From Trichodelitschia bisporula (Eukaryota): DNA of 64,000 nucleotides. The stretch is taken from the NCBI GenBank assembly GCA_010356995.1, contig ML996687.1, positions 559,803-623,802 of the forward strand, in the 5' to 3' direction. A program made the translations under genes and the position numbers. How positions within the stretch are numbered: the first letter of the stretch is position 1; every line of letters starts with the position of its first letter. Under the pieces are notes generated by a model, which worked only from the letters and a program-made list of their open reading frames with translations, searched no databases and was not told where the DNA came from. Shown here one piece after another: positions 36,720-50,283 of the stretch.

Positions 36720-38163
36720 ATGAAGGCTTTCATCCTCGCAACGCTTGTGTCCGCCGTGCTGGTCCAGGCCGGGCCCGTGCCACCTGAAGTCCAAGCCGCC
36801 GTCGAGAAGCGCCAGGCGCTGGGGTATCTCACCACTCTGCTGGGTAAGTTTCGTAGTTTCGTTTCGACCGAAAACTAACTCCCGCAGGGAAGGGCGGCAA
36901 GGTCGCCGATCCGCCTGGCGCGGCTCCGAAGAAGCAAGTGATGAAGTCAGACTCGGTCCTCCCGAACGTCAAGCGCGTCAAGATGCGCTACGGGCCGTAC
37001 AGCGTGCCGAACATGAACAAGACCGGCTTGACGGGCGAGGCGGGCGCGCTCTGGAACTATCCCGATACAGGGATTCCGAAGCCTTGCACCGAGTGCACGA
37101 TTGTGAGCCAGCAGGCTGGGCTTGAGTACCCGAATGGTGACAATGCGAACATTGATACGGGGATGTGGCTGCACCACGTAGGTCTCTTTGCTAAGATGCT
37201 TTCGTAAAGCTCATGGATTAGATGGTCCACTTCACTATCGGCCCCGGCCGCTCCGACCCCACGTGCTTCGGGAGGAGCTCGCTACCGCACGTCGACGTCG
37301 GGACATCCCCCTCGAACGGCGAGCGCTACTTCAGCAGCGGCAACGAGCGGACGCGGATCATGATCGACAAGCGGGGCGCGGCGACCGACTTCGGCTACCA
37401 CCTGCGGACGAACGACAAGTTCGCCTTCATCGTCGACCTGATGAACATGAACATGGAAGACAAGACCGTGTACCTGACCATGACATACGACATCATCGAA
37501 GGCCCCCTGCCGCCCAACTGGCGCGAGCTAAAGACAGTCTGGTTCGACGCCAACCAATGCGGCACATCCGAAGTTGCAGCGGTCAAGCAAACGGGCTCAT
37601 ACACCATCACCGCGCGCCCCTGGAAGGCCAACTTCGAAGGCGAAATCATCGGCGTGGGTGGGCATCTGCACGACGGGGGCGTGGACCTGCAAATCCTGTC
37701 CGGCGAGCAGCAGCAGTGCAACAGCGTGGCCCAATACGGCGAGCGGCCCGAGTACCTCTTCCGCGGCAAGATGGGCGCCATGGCCAACTACGCCGACAAG
37801 CACATCAGCAGCATGAGCGCGTGTTACAACGAGGCGCTGACTGTGCGCCAGCTTGTGCCCGGCCAGGTGTGGACTATCAAGGCGAGATATGATTATGATA
37901 AGTTCCCGGGCAATCGCGATCATGCTGGCAAGCAGGAGAGCGTCATGGCTATTGCGCTTATGTATGTTGCGGTCAAGCCGGGCAGTGTGCAGCTTGGGGG
38001 TGCTAGCAGTGCACCGGCGGCACCAGGTGCTCCTGCTGCTCCTGCTGCGCCTGGTGCGCCTGGCGCTGCTGGTCCTCCCATGCCTCGCCCGAAGGGGGTG
38101 AAGGGTCTGCCGAAGCAGCCACGGGTTACGCCTGGAAGTGCGCCTCCAGAAGGAGGGGCATAA
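36720..38163 (+). CDS. Secreted protein with copper-monooxygenase-like (PHM/SURNod19-like) His/Met motifs
   Basis: Signal peptide + EKR site; WLHH|MVH, SGNERT, GGHLHDGG, HISSMSAC, VMAIALMY; two introns; Pro/Ala-rich tail. Confidence 0.75.
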
Positions 38164-41100
38164 ATTGCAGATTGGAGGTCGCACGGTGTGGGCGGTTGAG
38201 GGAGAGATAGGGGCAGCACGGTATGAAATTGCCAGGGCGCCGCGCAGGTTCCTGTACATAGTTCTTGAAACAAGGGTTCTGGTTTTCATATTCGCTCTGA
38301 TCTTGCTTGCGTCCCGCCCGGTCAGTAGCACATATCAGAGTGAAGTCACTGCACACCAAACCTAGCGTCCGTGACCCCGGCACTATGCGCCGCCTTGCCA
38401 TCAACATCCGTGGGCATGGCCGAGAGCAGGGGTAGCGGGTACGGCCGTATGCACAAACTATGCGGGAGGGCTTCAAATAGAGTGTCGATCACAGTGGTGA
38501 GGGTATGGTCGCCAGCCGGAAGGTGGGGGAGGGAGTTGATGCCGACTTTTCTGTTGAGGAACCGGAGTAATGGAAGGAGGCGAAGTGCAACGTGCGAAGA
38601 TAGAGGAGATGTCGAACCTTGTTGAGATCACGATGTCCCCTTCTTCTCTCCATTGTCAGAGTAGAGGGCATGCACTCATGGCTATGCATTTGAGGTGTGT
38701 TTCGAGGAGCTTGACCGTTTCGCCTAGCCGCCAAAGCGGTCAGTTACAAGCATTCCACTTCTTTAAAACAAGAATGCGGCAGAGTAGCATGACATCAAAA
38801 ACCGGGCCTCTATCGCGCACGGCCACCACCTGTTGGCTCACAGGCATTACAACAGGTCAGTGCGGAAACATTTATGTTGAGGTCCAGCCATATGCCTCAT
38901 CATCAATTCATTCATAAATTTGCCCACGGAGCCGTCCAAGATCACGACGCATGTAATGCGAGGTATGCAATTTCCAACTGGTTCCAAAGGCATCATGCCG
39001 CTCAACAAGATCGATGCCTGGCGGACAACACCTCTAGTATGTGCTTCCGCAACAAGGCAGGCCCGTACCCATCTCCATCAACAGCTTGCGACGATCGCCT
39101 AGTCGGAGGGGTAACGTCACACGCAGGACTTCACCCGCTAGGGAACGGTTAGAGTTCGGATTGCTTTTACCGGTACCTCGTGTGCGTGTGCATGGAGGAT
39201 TGCTCGGCCGTATTGGGGTAGTTCCGTACGGAACAGTCGTGCGCAGGAGGTGGGTCAATCATTGGGGCTGGATCTAGATCACCCAGTGCTACGGGCCGAA
39301 TCAAAGTCTTGCTTTCGTAAAGTTGGACACAGACGGCACGACAGAGCGGAGGAATGATGTATCATGTCATCGTGTTGCTATGAGATGCAAGGCGGGCTGA
39401 GGAGATCCTGCGTTCTGAGTTTGGAGCTGCAAAGAGACCGTGAATGGCGTGGCTCATTCGACGAAGGCTCAAGTCCCAGTCGGCACTGGAGCGTGATGTT
39501 TTCCGAATAGAAACATGAAGAATGACGATCAGCTCAAGTCGGTCTAGTGTCGCTGGCGGATGTGAGCTCTTTGAGATCCTTTCCGGGCCGTGTCGCCGAT
39601 CCGAACTCCTTCAATCCCGATCCGCTCGCACTTTCAAGAACCGGAGGATCGGCACCGACCGTGGATAGCCACTTAACCGCTTGCTTGATGGCAGTGATCG
39701 TCCGGCTCCGTTCGAGCACAGCGATGCGTTGCCGGGCTTCCGCAAGCCGCCACGACCTAATCCCTCATGGAGTGACAGCTCACGTTGCGGTGGCAAGCCA
39801 TGGGAGACATCAATGGCTTTCGCACCGTTGGTGAAGACTTGCATGGCTTCGCCGTGATGAAGCCTAACATGATGTCTCGCAGGGCTAGGCACGACAACGT
39901 GAGCTATCACTCCACAAAGGATCAGGGTGATGGCGGCTTGCTGAACATCTTTCACATCTCTCACATCTGCATGCCGACAGACGGATTCGCCAAACCGCTT
40001 GCCAGACCGAGACGCGCTCTGCTCATAAACAGCTGGAATCTTTCCTAGAATCGAATCATCAGAGTTCCTACCGTAATATACGGTACATGCTATCCACTTA
40101 CAGATGGACGAAGAGAGTGTCAGTTGGCCTCAACGCCCGGTCGATGCAAAGGTTTTGAATACGACCGTTGGAAACACTGTTGAGGGATAGTGACGGAGGC
40201 GGAGACAATGGAGAGCCGATGGAGTGATGTCGCCGGTACCCGTACTCGTATGCTTGTCCAGTCAGAGACCGGAAGAAAGTGGGACAACCTAGACCAGACG
40301 TGAAGTGAACGCTTACCTCGCGGACTTCTCGACTTCACGAAAGTTGATGCCGTGCATATCCGGGACACGCGCTGCTCCTGGAGCTTCCGATTCCACCCTC
40401 GATGATTTAAGACTTTAAGTGAATATATTGTCTGACGCGGGATGTCAGTGCAGCGCCTCGAGTGTCCCTGGATATACATACGCTGGATATACGTACGCTG
40501 GAGCACGAACGAGCGAAGAATGGATGGAGCGAGATGAATATGCTGGAGCTAGCGCTAGCGAGGGCTATATACGGTACCCCGACCAGTGTTTACACTGGTG
40601 GGGGCTGCTGCTATCCGTATCGTCGGCTGCTGCATGCAATACCGTAGCTGCTGCCATAATGACCTCGACACCGGAGCCGTAAATAATAGGCCCTCTCTCG
40701 TTCGCACCTCCCGTCATCAGCGGAGTATCTTTCCAAAATGAAGGACTAACTAAAACATTGGGGTCACGCTTCCAGAGTCAGTGACACGGAACTTGACGGG
40801 AACCAGCACTTCAGAGGGGATATAATCCGCCAGCTATCACCTCTCGCTCCCATCGCAGCCACCCAATATTGCCCGCCAAAAGAAATGGCCCAGCTTTCAA
40901 ACCCGAACAACCATTCCGAAATTTCAGGCCCAGGCCTCGCACTCGCTTGAGCCCAGTCGCGGATCTCCTGACGTAGGTACCGGCAGCCTTCCCAATCACC
41001 GCGCGCCCCAAATATATTGAAAAGTGGAAGAACAATCCCCCGGCATGCCGACAAGCCAGTAACAATTCGTCCAGCGCCTCCATCTTGAAACACAAGGCTG

Positions 41101-41366
41101 CGGTTACGAGCCGGACACACCGGTTCTAGAAGTGTGCATCTGTGCCCCTGGCGCCGATCAAGCATCGATCGCGCACATCCTCCCGAGATCTAGATCTGAT
41201 CGTAGCGTGGCCGGAACGAGATGCCCGTTGCCAGCCGCATGTGTCTAGGTTTGCGAGTCTCATGTCCCCGCCCCGCAGTGGTTATAGCTCTGGCGCGCCA
41301 TCTTCCATAGCGGGGTCGTCTTCTCCACCGACCACCCACTGACACCGACGCTGAGGACCCACGATC

Positions 41367-43238
41367 ATGCTCTGGCCGACCACCCTCGCCCTCCTGGCCC
41401 TTCTCGGCCCCGCTCTGGCAGCACAGGAACCACCCCGCTGCAAAGCTATCCCCAACGCACCCTCCTGGCCCCCAGACACCGCCTGGGCCGCCCTCAGCAA
41501 CGCCGTAAGCGGGCGCCTCCTCAAGCCGCCACCCCCAGCGGCGCCCTGCCACCAGGGGCCCTCCTACAACGCACAGCGCTGTTCCGCCGTGCGCAACGGC
41601 TGGGGCACAGCAGACTGGCACATCGCGCACCCAACAAGCGTGATGTGGCAGAACTGGGCGAATTACTCGTGTCCACTGGAGGGGCAAAGGTGCGATGGCA
41701 CGGGATATCCGGTGTATGTGGTTGCGGCGAAGACGGCGGAGGATGTTAGTGCAGCGGTGAGGTTTGCGGGGGCGATGAATGTGAGGATGAATATTAAGAG
41801 TACGGGGCATGATTTTTTGGGACGGTGAGTGGGGCCCCGGTGTGGTGAGGGTGGAGACTGATTGAGCAGGTCGATTCAGCCGAATTCGTTGTCTATCTAT
41901 ACGCAGGGCCTGAAGGGGATTCGCTGGTTTGATACTTCGTTTTCGCCGAAGGGGTGTGCCCGTCCGATCAACGGCCCTGCTGTGACTGTTGGCGCGGGCA
42001 GTCTTTGGTCGGAAATCTACGCATCGGCACGCGCGAAGGGGAATGTGAACGTGGTAGGCGGATATCGGGGATCGGTTAGTGTGGGTGGTTACATCGGCAA
42101 TGGCGGCCATGGCGAGCTGAGCGCGAAATATGGGATGGCAGCGGACATGGTGCTGGAGATCGACCTTGTAACGCCGAGCGGAGAGATCATCACCGCAAAT
42201 GAGTGTCAAAATCAAGACTACTTTTGGGCAATGCGAGGGGTAAGTTACCCGTTCCNNNNNNNNNNNNNNNNNNNNNNGAGACCCCCTTGTCTCTTTCACC
42301 CCTAACCCTCCTCCCAGGGCGGTGCATCGACCTACGGCGTAGCCCTCACCTTCACCCTGCAAGCCGTACGCTCAGGCCCAACAGCCAAGTACACCGGCTT
42401 CGTAGGCGGGTGGAACGAACTCGCCGCGCTCCACCGTCAATGGACGAAATTCGCCGCCGTCGGTGCGGGGGGGTACATAAACGGGTACCCGGCACGTGGG
42501 ACGGGCCGCCTCTCCGTCAGCGTCTACCTCGGAAACGCGACCTCAGCGGCGCTGCGCAGCATCGTCGCGCCCGTGATGGCGAATCTCCGCACCCTGGATC
42601 GAGGACTGGGGAACGGTACGGAGGAAGATGGGGAGTGGGTGGAGCCAGCGAGTGTCGGACGGTATACGGATCACGACACGTATGAGGATGCGATGGGTGC
42701 GCCGAATGATGTCGAGGCCATTAATGCCGAGAGTCCGGGGACGGGGCAGAACAAGCTGCTCGCGAGCTGGCTGTGGGGACCCACTGAACTCTCAAGTCCG
42801 AAGCTCGTGAACGCTCTACGGGGTGCTTTTGACGCGGATACGGAGATTATGACAGATGCGGTGTTCGGCGTAGGCACGGCGAATCCGCCGTTCATACGCG
42901 GGGGCGGGAACGCGGTGAACCCTGCTTTCCGGACGTCGGTTTTGAGGCCCGCAAGCGAGATACATTGGAGTGGGACGGATGCACGGGAGCTGGAGAAGAG
43001 GAGGGCTCAGCAGGCGAGGTTTGGGGCGAGTTTGAGGAGCTTGAGTCCGGCGGGGGGAACATATGCTTCGGAGGCGGATCCGGATACGCCAGGGTGGCAG
43101 ACGGCGTTTTGGGGGGCCAATTATGAGCGGTTGTTTGCTATTAAGCAGAAGGTTGATCCGAGGGGGGTTTTGTATTGTCGGGCGTGCGTGGGGAGTGAGT
43201 TGTGGACAGATGTTAATGGGGTGCTGTGTAGGAAGTAG
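41367..43238 (+). CDS. Secreted FAD-linked oxidoreductase (VAO/PCMH, BBE-like C-terminus)
   Basis: Signal peptide, IKSTGHDFLGRS (covalent FAD His), GGYIGNGGHG, FWAMRGGG, FWGANYERLFAIKQKVDPRGVLYC; two introns, second containing an N gap. Confidence 0.92.
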
Positions 43239-44524
43239 CATCTCAGGGGTGAGTGAGGAAATTTAACGTGCGTTCGGGTTTTTTCAGACCATCGTCGTGT
43301 TCTTAAAAGGCTTTCTAAGGTCTTCTACCAGGTCATGCATCTTCTGGGTGATCCTCGAAACTCTCTCATTCAGCAGGGAACTTGAACTACCGAACACCCT
43401 CAAACTCAACGCCTTGGAACACTTAACAAAGTATACACAGTACCGGGTATTGGGACCTTTCGACTATGCTCCAACGCTCCATCTCACTAAGCCCAGAGCA
43501 GATTCGCGGTCCAGGAGCCTTGCTCCGTGACTGTACATCTGTTGGCTTCTCGGTCTTCTGCCTTTCGGTATCGGTGTTTCTGGGGGCTGGGAGGGAGCGG
43601 AGATTACGACCGCCGTTCTCACACGAAGCATGGGCTACCCTGAAGAGTCATGGGAAAGGCGGATGAATGAGCTAGCTATAGAGCGGGGGCAGCTAGAAAT
43701 ACCCCTCCCAGGTGTTTGCACCGGGTGGGCAGATGCCAGCTCCAGATGATGGCTACTGCGTAATGACAGACGTGACTCCCTCTATAGCCTCTGCATGGAG
43801 AGTGGCACGGTGGGGCTTCCCACCCTAGGGGGAGAAGTGACCCACCGATACCCCCTGCTTCTGACAGTCGTTGCCCCGGTTGCACCAGCCATAGAGTACC
43901 GAGTCTAAATATGGGTTGTGGGGTTTTCGTAATGCTTGAACGCGTAGGTGGCCCTATTGCTCTAGCTTGAATCAGCCCGCATTCCGCTAACTGATCCCCA
44001 CACTCCTCGGAGTAGGGTGGGTGGGAGTTCTGGGGATTGACTTACGCGTCCGGGCACCTTGCCGATATCCCTAGGCATACAGGCCAGTTCTTCTCGATCT
44101 CCGAGTCTCGTATACTGCCATAACTCGGCAAACGGTCAGAAATGCTGGTCTCATAGTGAGCTGATAACTAGGGACTATCGGGATACTTTTTTTGCGGTCT
44201 GTAACGCACCCGTACAGATGTTTGATTGCTGGAAGTAACCAACACCGCGATACGGGACCCAGTTCCCCCACTAGCTTGAAATCTTCGTCCTGAGGCGGCG
44301 CGTGGACACCTGGCGGAGGAGACGTGGGTAGAGGCCCACGCGTCTAGGTAACGTGGACCAAAATGGCCACGCTCACAGTTGGGTGGCACGACAAAGATTG
44401 TGAAGAGAGTTGAAGTCCTTCCTTCGGGAAAGGAGCTCGCACACTGTATACACGATGTCTTCGTGTAAAAGCATTGTGGGGAAAAGCTCCTGCTGATGAG
44501 GCTACACCGTTTGGTGGAGCATGA

Positions 44525-45178
44525 TCTAAATAAAGTCCAACTGTTAGCACTATTCTAGCACTCGGGGAGCTAAAAAATACTGTCACGGAGCCATACCAGT
44601 TCAACGAGTACCGTGGTGATTCGTCTCTACCTCGACAGACACCCTTCATGAGAGCCCGAGGGGAGGCGAAGGTAGCACATTTGGCCCATGATTGTCGTGA
44701 ATGCCGCCTTGAAGGCGTCGGTGATTTCCAGTGGAATGCTCATGAGCCAGGTCAGGTTGGATCTCCCCATTTTGGTCCAAATCGGCCCCATCCGGTGAAT
44801 GAGTATGTGCCTTTGATGCTTGCCGCAGCGTCAAGGAATGATCCCGGAAGAGGGTTTCCCCATCCTCACCCTCTCGTAGCCAGACATGAACCAACTTCCG
44901 AGTATTGTTGGAGAGCATTCAATGCATAACCCCAAAGGCATCATGCCCGGAGGCATTTTTGGCATCCGAATGTTGAGCGGATCAAGTCCTCTTTGCTCTG
45001 CAAGCCGAGAAAGATCACCGGGGTATTTCCTGCGAGCATGCAAGATGTCCAGGTGGGCATCCGTCCATGCGGATGTTGATGCGAGGAACAGTTCCCTAAG
45101 GTCTTTGTCCTCGAGAACATCGTTCAGTCCCATCGTGCCCGAGAGCTTGCCGCTGTCGGACTTCGACCTGCGAGGCAT
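44525..45178 (-). pseudogene. Possible degenerate or orphan gene
   Basis: 115-aa ORF whose frame continues plausibly after TGA at 44831, followed by a canonical-looking GTATGG..GCTAAC..TAG intron (~44525-44596); no recognisable homology. Confidence 0.3.
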
Positions 45179-46119
45179 GTCGACTGTGCAGAAACTGGTG
45201 AATCTGTGATGGGCACCTCAAGGCCACAAAATGCACAATATAAACAAGATTGAATGGCTCTCAGAGAGGACGACGAGCCATCATCAAGAGGAAAGCTCCT
45301 AAGATAGTGCAGGCTGCGGAGCCTGAAGAAGATCGACTTCCTTAAAATACCTATGGATCCTTAGTTGCTGCGTCTTGCTTGTGTTTGAGGAGCAGTTTGT
45401 TATACATACGTGAATGGTGGTTGAGATGCAAGCTGAGGAGTCGAATGAACGCCGCTGTTGACTCTCTTCGGTGAAATGTGACTTGGAGACCTTGATAGTT
45501 GCAGATGATGAGAAATGCATTCTGATTATGGAATGAAGGAGCTTGAATGGTTTTGAGAGATGCACAGTTGCAGTGATGGTTGGAGTTGGGAGGAGATGGT
45601 TGAGAGTATCTGAGGGCGAAGCCGAAGTGAGGAGATGGAAAGTACGTACGTCAACAGACCCACAAGTGGATCCTTCGGAGGAAGGAGCCAGTCGTCAAGT
45701 GAGAAAGCGCGGGTTGAGCGCCTGACTGCCTTGGGGTGTGAGGCAGGACTGTGGAGGCAAGTGGTGGTGCGATATCGCTGCTCTCTGAGGCGGGGTGGAA
45801 GCTGCAGGCCTCTTGAGGAGATGTAACTAGGTTCGTGGAAAGTCCTGCAGTACTCTAAACTCCGCACGTAGTAGAAACATACCGTCTGTGTACTAAGTCT
45901 TCTGAAAAAGTTCGTTGCAGCGAGATCCGGGGCCCTCTATCACGCTGCGTACCGCAGCGGAATGAGGTCACGACTTCGAGACGCACGACCGGGCGTTGGA
46001 CACACTTACACCTAATAAAGCGAACATGGAGATGACCTACAGATGGATACCGCCAAAGAGCAATGCAACACGTTCCACTTTTGAAGACACAGTAAGACAG
46101 ACACCACAAGTCCACCCCC

Positions 46120-47760
46120 TCAACCCTGCGCAACCTGCCGCAGCGCCTCCCCCCTCCCCCACGCCGCCATCTTATACCGCGAGATGAAATCATCGCGATT
46201 AACTGCCCCCATTAGCCCAGCACTAGCATCCACCCCAGAAATACTCACTGTACCCCCCACACATACGCCTCTTCCCCGTAAACTCGCTCCTCCCATGCAA
46301 AACCCGCCAATTATCAAAAATCAATGGCGTCCCCGGCTTCAACTGCTCCCAATATTCACGGCGCCTAAGTATCTCCGTCCACGTCCGCGCCGCCGCATAC
46401 CACTTCCCAACCTCCTCAACCGGCGCATCCACCCTCGCCCGATCCGTCGTATTCCAGCGTACCTGCACCAGGTGCCCATGTATCTCATCATGCACGAGCA
46501 CCGGCATCGGCGTCACGGGTTGTATACTCGAATCCTCATTCCCGCTCGCATGGCTGTGAACCCGCACCGTGCTCAAGATTTCATACGCCTCCCGATCCAC
46601 TTCATACAGCTCAGCCGCTGCACCGAACCCGTCAACCAGTTGCGAGGCGCCCCCACTGCCGTCCGTGTGCGACAGGAGGTGGAATAGTTGCAGCCCAGCC
46701 GGGTCGGTGAAGTACGTGTTATCGGTGTGCGCGCCGATGCCGAGCTGTGTGTAGGCTGTGTCGCCTTTCGCCAGGTCGGCGGTGAAGTCGTAGAAGCCGC
46801 CGTAGTGCGTGTTGCGGATCGGCCCAATGAGATTCAGGAGCGCTTCAGTTGCTTCGGGGGTGGCGGGCGTGTTTGGGATGTAGGCGAAGCCGTAGGTGCG
46901 AATGAGATAGAGCCAGTCCCGCACGCCAGTGGGGGAGGTGGCTATTTCGTCGTAAGATATGGAGGGCGGGGAGGACTTGATGGAGGAGCCGGTCCAGAAG
47001 ACGGGTCTTGAGCGTTAGTATTTCGCTCGTGGCAAGGAAGGGGGGCGTACTCGACCAGGCCCTGCCGCTCAACGGCGCGGCTCGTCCTCTTGAGTCCAAC
47101 GTTCCGTAACCACTCCTTAGAGTAAAAGCTCTCATGGCCATCGTTCCCTGTTCCATCAGCCTTGCAACGGGGATCCGACGGACAGACGCACAGGTAACGC
47201 GGAAACCCTCTGCTTCCTCCCTTACGCCCTCGGGTTTAAAGGCGATGTCTTCCGGGATCTGGCCGTTAGTCGGGCTTCGACTGTCGTTGATAAACTTACG
47301 ACGTCAAACGTCTCGATCAACCGCTGCTTCGTGTCTTCGTGCACGCACTCCGCGCAATGGCAGTGATCGCGCAGAAACACGGCGGGTCTGTAGGTCAGCA
47401 CTGCCCCCGGTCTGGGAGAACAGGGCATACACGTCTACCAGCTGCCCGCTCGCATCGGAGTACACCTGGATGGCGCGGGCATTGAAGGCGGGCGCAACAT
47501 TAGGCGGATCTACTTTGGGAATCGAGGAGAGCACGTGTCGCGTCTGATCGTCAGCGAGGGCGCGGACTTCCACGCGGTGGACGTACCGGCTGCGCAAGCG
47601 GGTTACCAGTCGTAGCGAAGCACCGTCTCGGGACCCGTAAAATGCTGCGTTGTATGCGGGGAATTGGCCGGCATATCCTTCGTTGTTAGCACCCGCAGCC
47701 CCCTTTATTCGGGACTCACAGTATGCGGGAGGACAGCCTAGCAGCAGTCGAAGACGCCAT
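46120..47760 (-). CDS. Trimethyllysine dioxygenase (TauD/BBOX-type Fe/2OG; carnitine biosynthesis)
   Basis: FLRDHCHCAECVHEDTKQRL (GBBH-N), IGPIRNTHYGGFYDF, DTAYT, AHTDNTYF (HxD), DNWRVLHGRS; multiple introns; mitochondrial-like N-terminus. Confidence 0.92.
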
Positions 47761-48306
47761 TCTTATTTTCCTATTCCAACTTGTTCAGAATCCAAAAGAT
47801 AACTGAGCTAAAGAAAGAACAACGAGGTGCAGAGCATTTACATCACGCGACGCGCCCTGCGCCCTCCTTGTCCAGATGCGGTGTCGTCTCGATTCAGCGC
47901 CGTAAAGTGCCGAAGCCGGAATGCGACCCCCGGTTGCCGGGGCCGGGGCCCGAGCCGAGACGTTGGTTCCTGGCCGAGGGGCGGGGTGGCGCTAGCCTTG
48001 TGGAAAGTGACGTACGTGAAATTAACGTCTTCCACATTCTGTCGACATGATAAGTCACTATTTCTGGACCGTCGGGAGGAGATATCACCGTGGCCTACCA
48101 TGTTCTACTCGGGATACCCGTATGGCATTCGTCCTTCTCCAAAGCGGATGCATTCCCAAGCTTGAAATCGACACCGAAGTGAAGTGTCTGTCTACTCGAA
48201 CACAAACTATACCGTTTCCCAAGTCCTCGTACATCCATATCTATTCCATCAAGGGTATCCACCCGCGAGCCTGTTGAAAACGCCCGTGACCATCACCTCC
48301 ACCAGC

Positions 48307-49919
48307 CTATCTCGCCGCAATCCACCTCCCCTCAAGCACCTCCAGCGCCCCCCCAACAAGATGCAGACTCCCCGTAACTAGCACGACCGCCTCCTCCTCA
48401 CCCGCAACTCCCCTCGCCCTCCCCACCGCTTCCTCAATCGTACCCAGAACCTCCACCTCGGCCTCAGGATCCAACTCCCCCCACAAAGCCGCCAACTCCT
48501 TCTGCACCCTTAACGCCTGCACGTCCTGCGCATTCGCATTCCCCGCCGTGAGGTCAGGGCTATATCCCGCATCCTTGTACGTGACATTCGTCGTGAAAAT
48601 AACATGCGAAAACGGGTGGTCCGAGCCCATCGCCTTAGCAAGCGTACTATGCAGGCCACGGGCCAGCGCCCGCGCGTCCCGCGTCTGCTGGTTGAAGATA
48701 AGGATCGGTGGCGCGCGACCGCTGGCTACGCTGGCGAACCACTGTGCGCCGACTTCGAGGCTTTCGAGCGTGTGCCCTCCGTCAAAACACCAGGCGATCT
48801 TACCATCTATGTCGTTTCGCAAGTCGCAGCGCCCCGGCCACTTGACCAGCTCGAGGCCCTCACGGACGGCCGGCGGGAGGATCTGGCCGTCGAGAGCAGG
48901 GGCGGAGGGGTGGTTTACGGCCCGCAGGTGCGCGGCGACGATGGCGACGGCGAGGCTGGCGTTTGACTTCTGAAAGTCGCCCGCTAAGCCGAGCTCGACT
49001 TCCCCGCTTGCGATGGCCGGATGTGTGGGTATTATCTCCAGCGTTGCGCCCTGTTCTTCGGCGCGTTGCCGCAGTACAGCCATTGCGGGTTCGGGCTGGG
49101 GGACGGTGAGAGCGGCGGCGCCCCGCCTGAAGATGCCCGCTTTGTGCCATGCTATCTCCGGCAGTGTACCGCCGAGCATGCCGACGTGGTCGATGCCCAG
49201 GGCCGTGACTGCAGCGACGGTCTTGTGGATGAGGATGTTCGTGCTGTCGTACTCGCCGCCGATGCCGCACTCAGTCACCGCTGCGTCAACGCCCTCTTGG
49301 ATATATGTGTGGAAAGCCATGAGCGTGAGGTAGCGGAAGTAGACGGGCTTGGACCCGTCGGCGGTGGAAGAGAGCCGGTCCCACACCTCGAAGAAGTACT
49401 TCGCAAAGAGATCCTCGCTCAACGGTACGTTATTGATTTGAATCCGTTCCCGGACGAAGCGCAAATGGGGCGAGGTGTAGAGTCCGACTTTGCACGGGGT
49501 GCGATCTTCGGAGTGTACGGCTGTACGTTGCAGGATAGACGCGACAAAGGCGCTGGTCGATCCTTTGCCCTTCGTGCCAGCTATGTGGATAGGATTGATA
49601 CGATCGATGTCCTCTGGCTGCGACTATCAGTATTGCCCCACGGCGGTGGAAGAGAGTCGCACACCTGGTAACCCAGCCTACGCCAGAACTCGAGCATCTC
49701 GGGTATGGCATCTTTATTCATGCCCCTGCCGGACTTGCGAATGGCATCGACGATTGAGAAGTTGCTCTGCAGCGAGTTGAGCGCGGTAACGGCGGCCTGC
49801 GCGGGTTAGCAAAGTTCTCGCGGGCGGTGCGGGTGAGGTACATTGTAGTCTCGCGCAGCCATGGTGTGCAGTGCCCTGTGGACGGTTTGTCGCCAGAAGC
49901 AGTGCCGGAGTGTTAGCAT
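48307..49919 (-). CDS. MET7: Folylpolyglutamate synthase
   Basis: IHIAGTKGKGST, GLYTSPHL, VRERIQIN, ECGIGGEYDSTN, LGIDH, IAWHKAGIF, WPGRC, VLVTGSLHLVGG; in-frame ATGs at 49919 and 49862. Confidence 0.93.
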
Positions 49920-50283
49920 GAGGCCATCCGCAGAATTGAGTTGAGGGGGAGGAATTAATTCATTTCGGGACGCGGGGGCAAGTGACGCGAGCCGAGACCG
50001 GAGGATTGAGCACCAACATTTCGCGGGACGAATTGGCGATACTTCTGTTTACACTACTGCATCACTACAGTCCGCAGTACCAAACGTACTCAATTGTGCC
50101 AGTTGCTACACAAGTACGCCAAGTTATGTTCGTATCCTTCTGTACTGTGCAGCTGTGTAACCTAAGCTGATTTCTTCAAAAAAAGACGACTCTAGTCCAT
50201 CCAACGCTCTTCCCCCACCACTCATACCCCACCACTCCCACCCCTCATCACGAACTCCTCCGCAACCGCACATATTGCCCATC

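Noticed and set aside
38200..41300. Gene-poor interval with short ORFs and a 15-bp duplication (~40468-40503)
   Set aside because: No transposase/RT motifs, terminal repeats or convincing gene structure seen.
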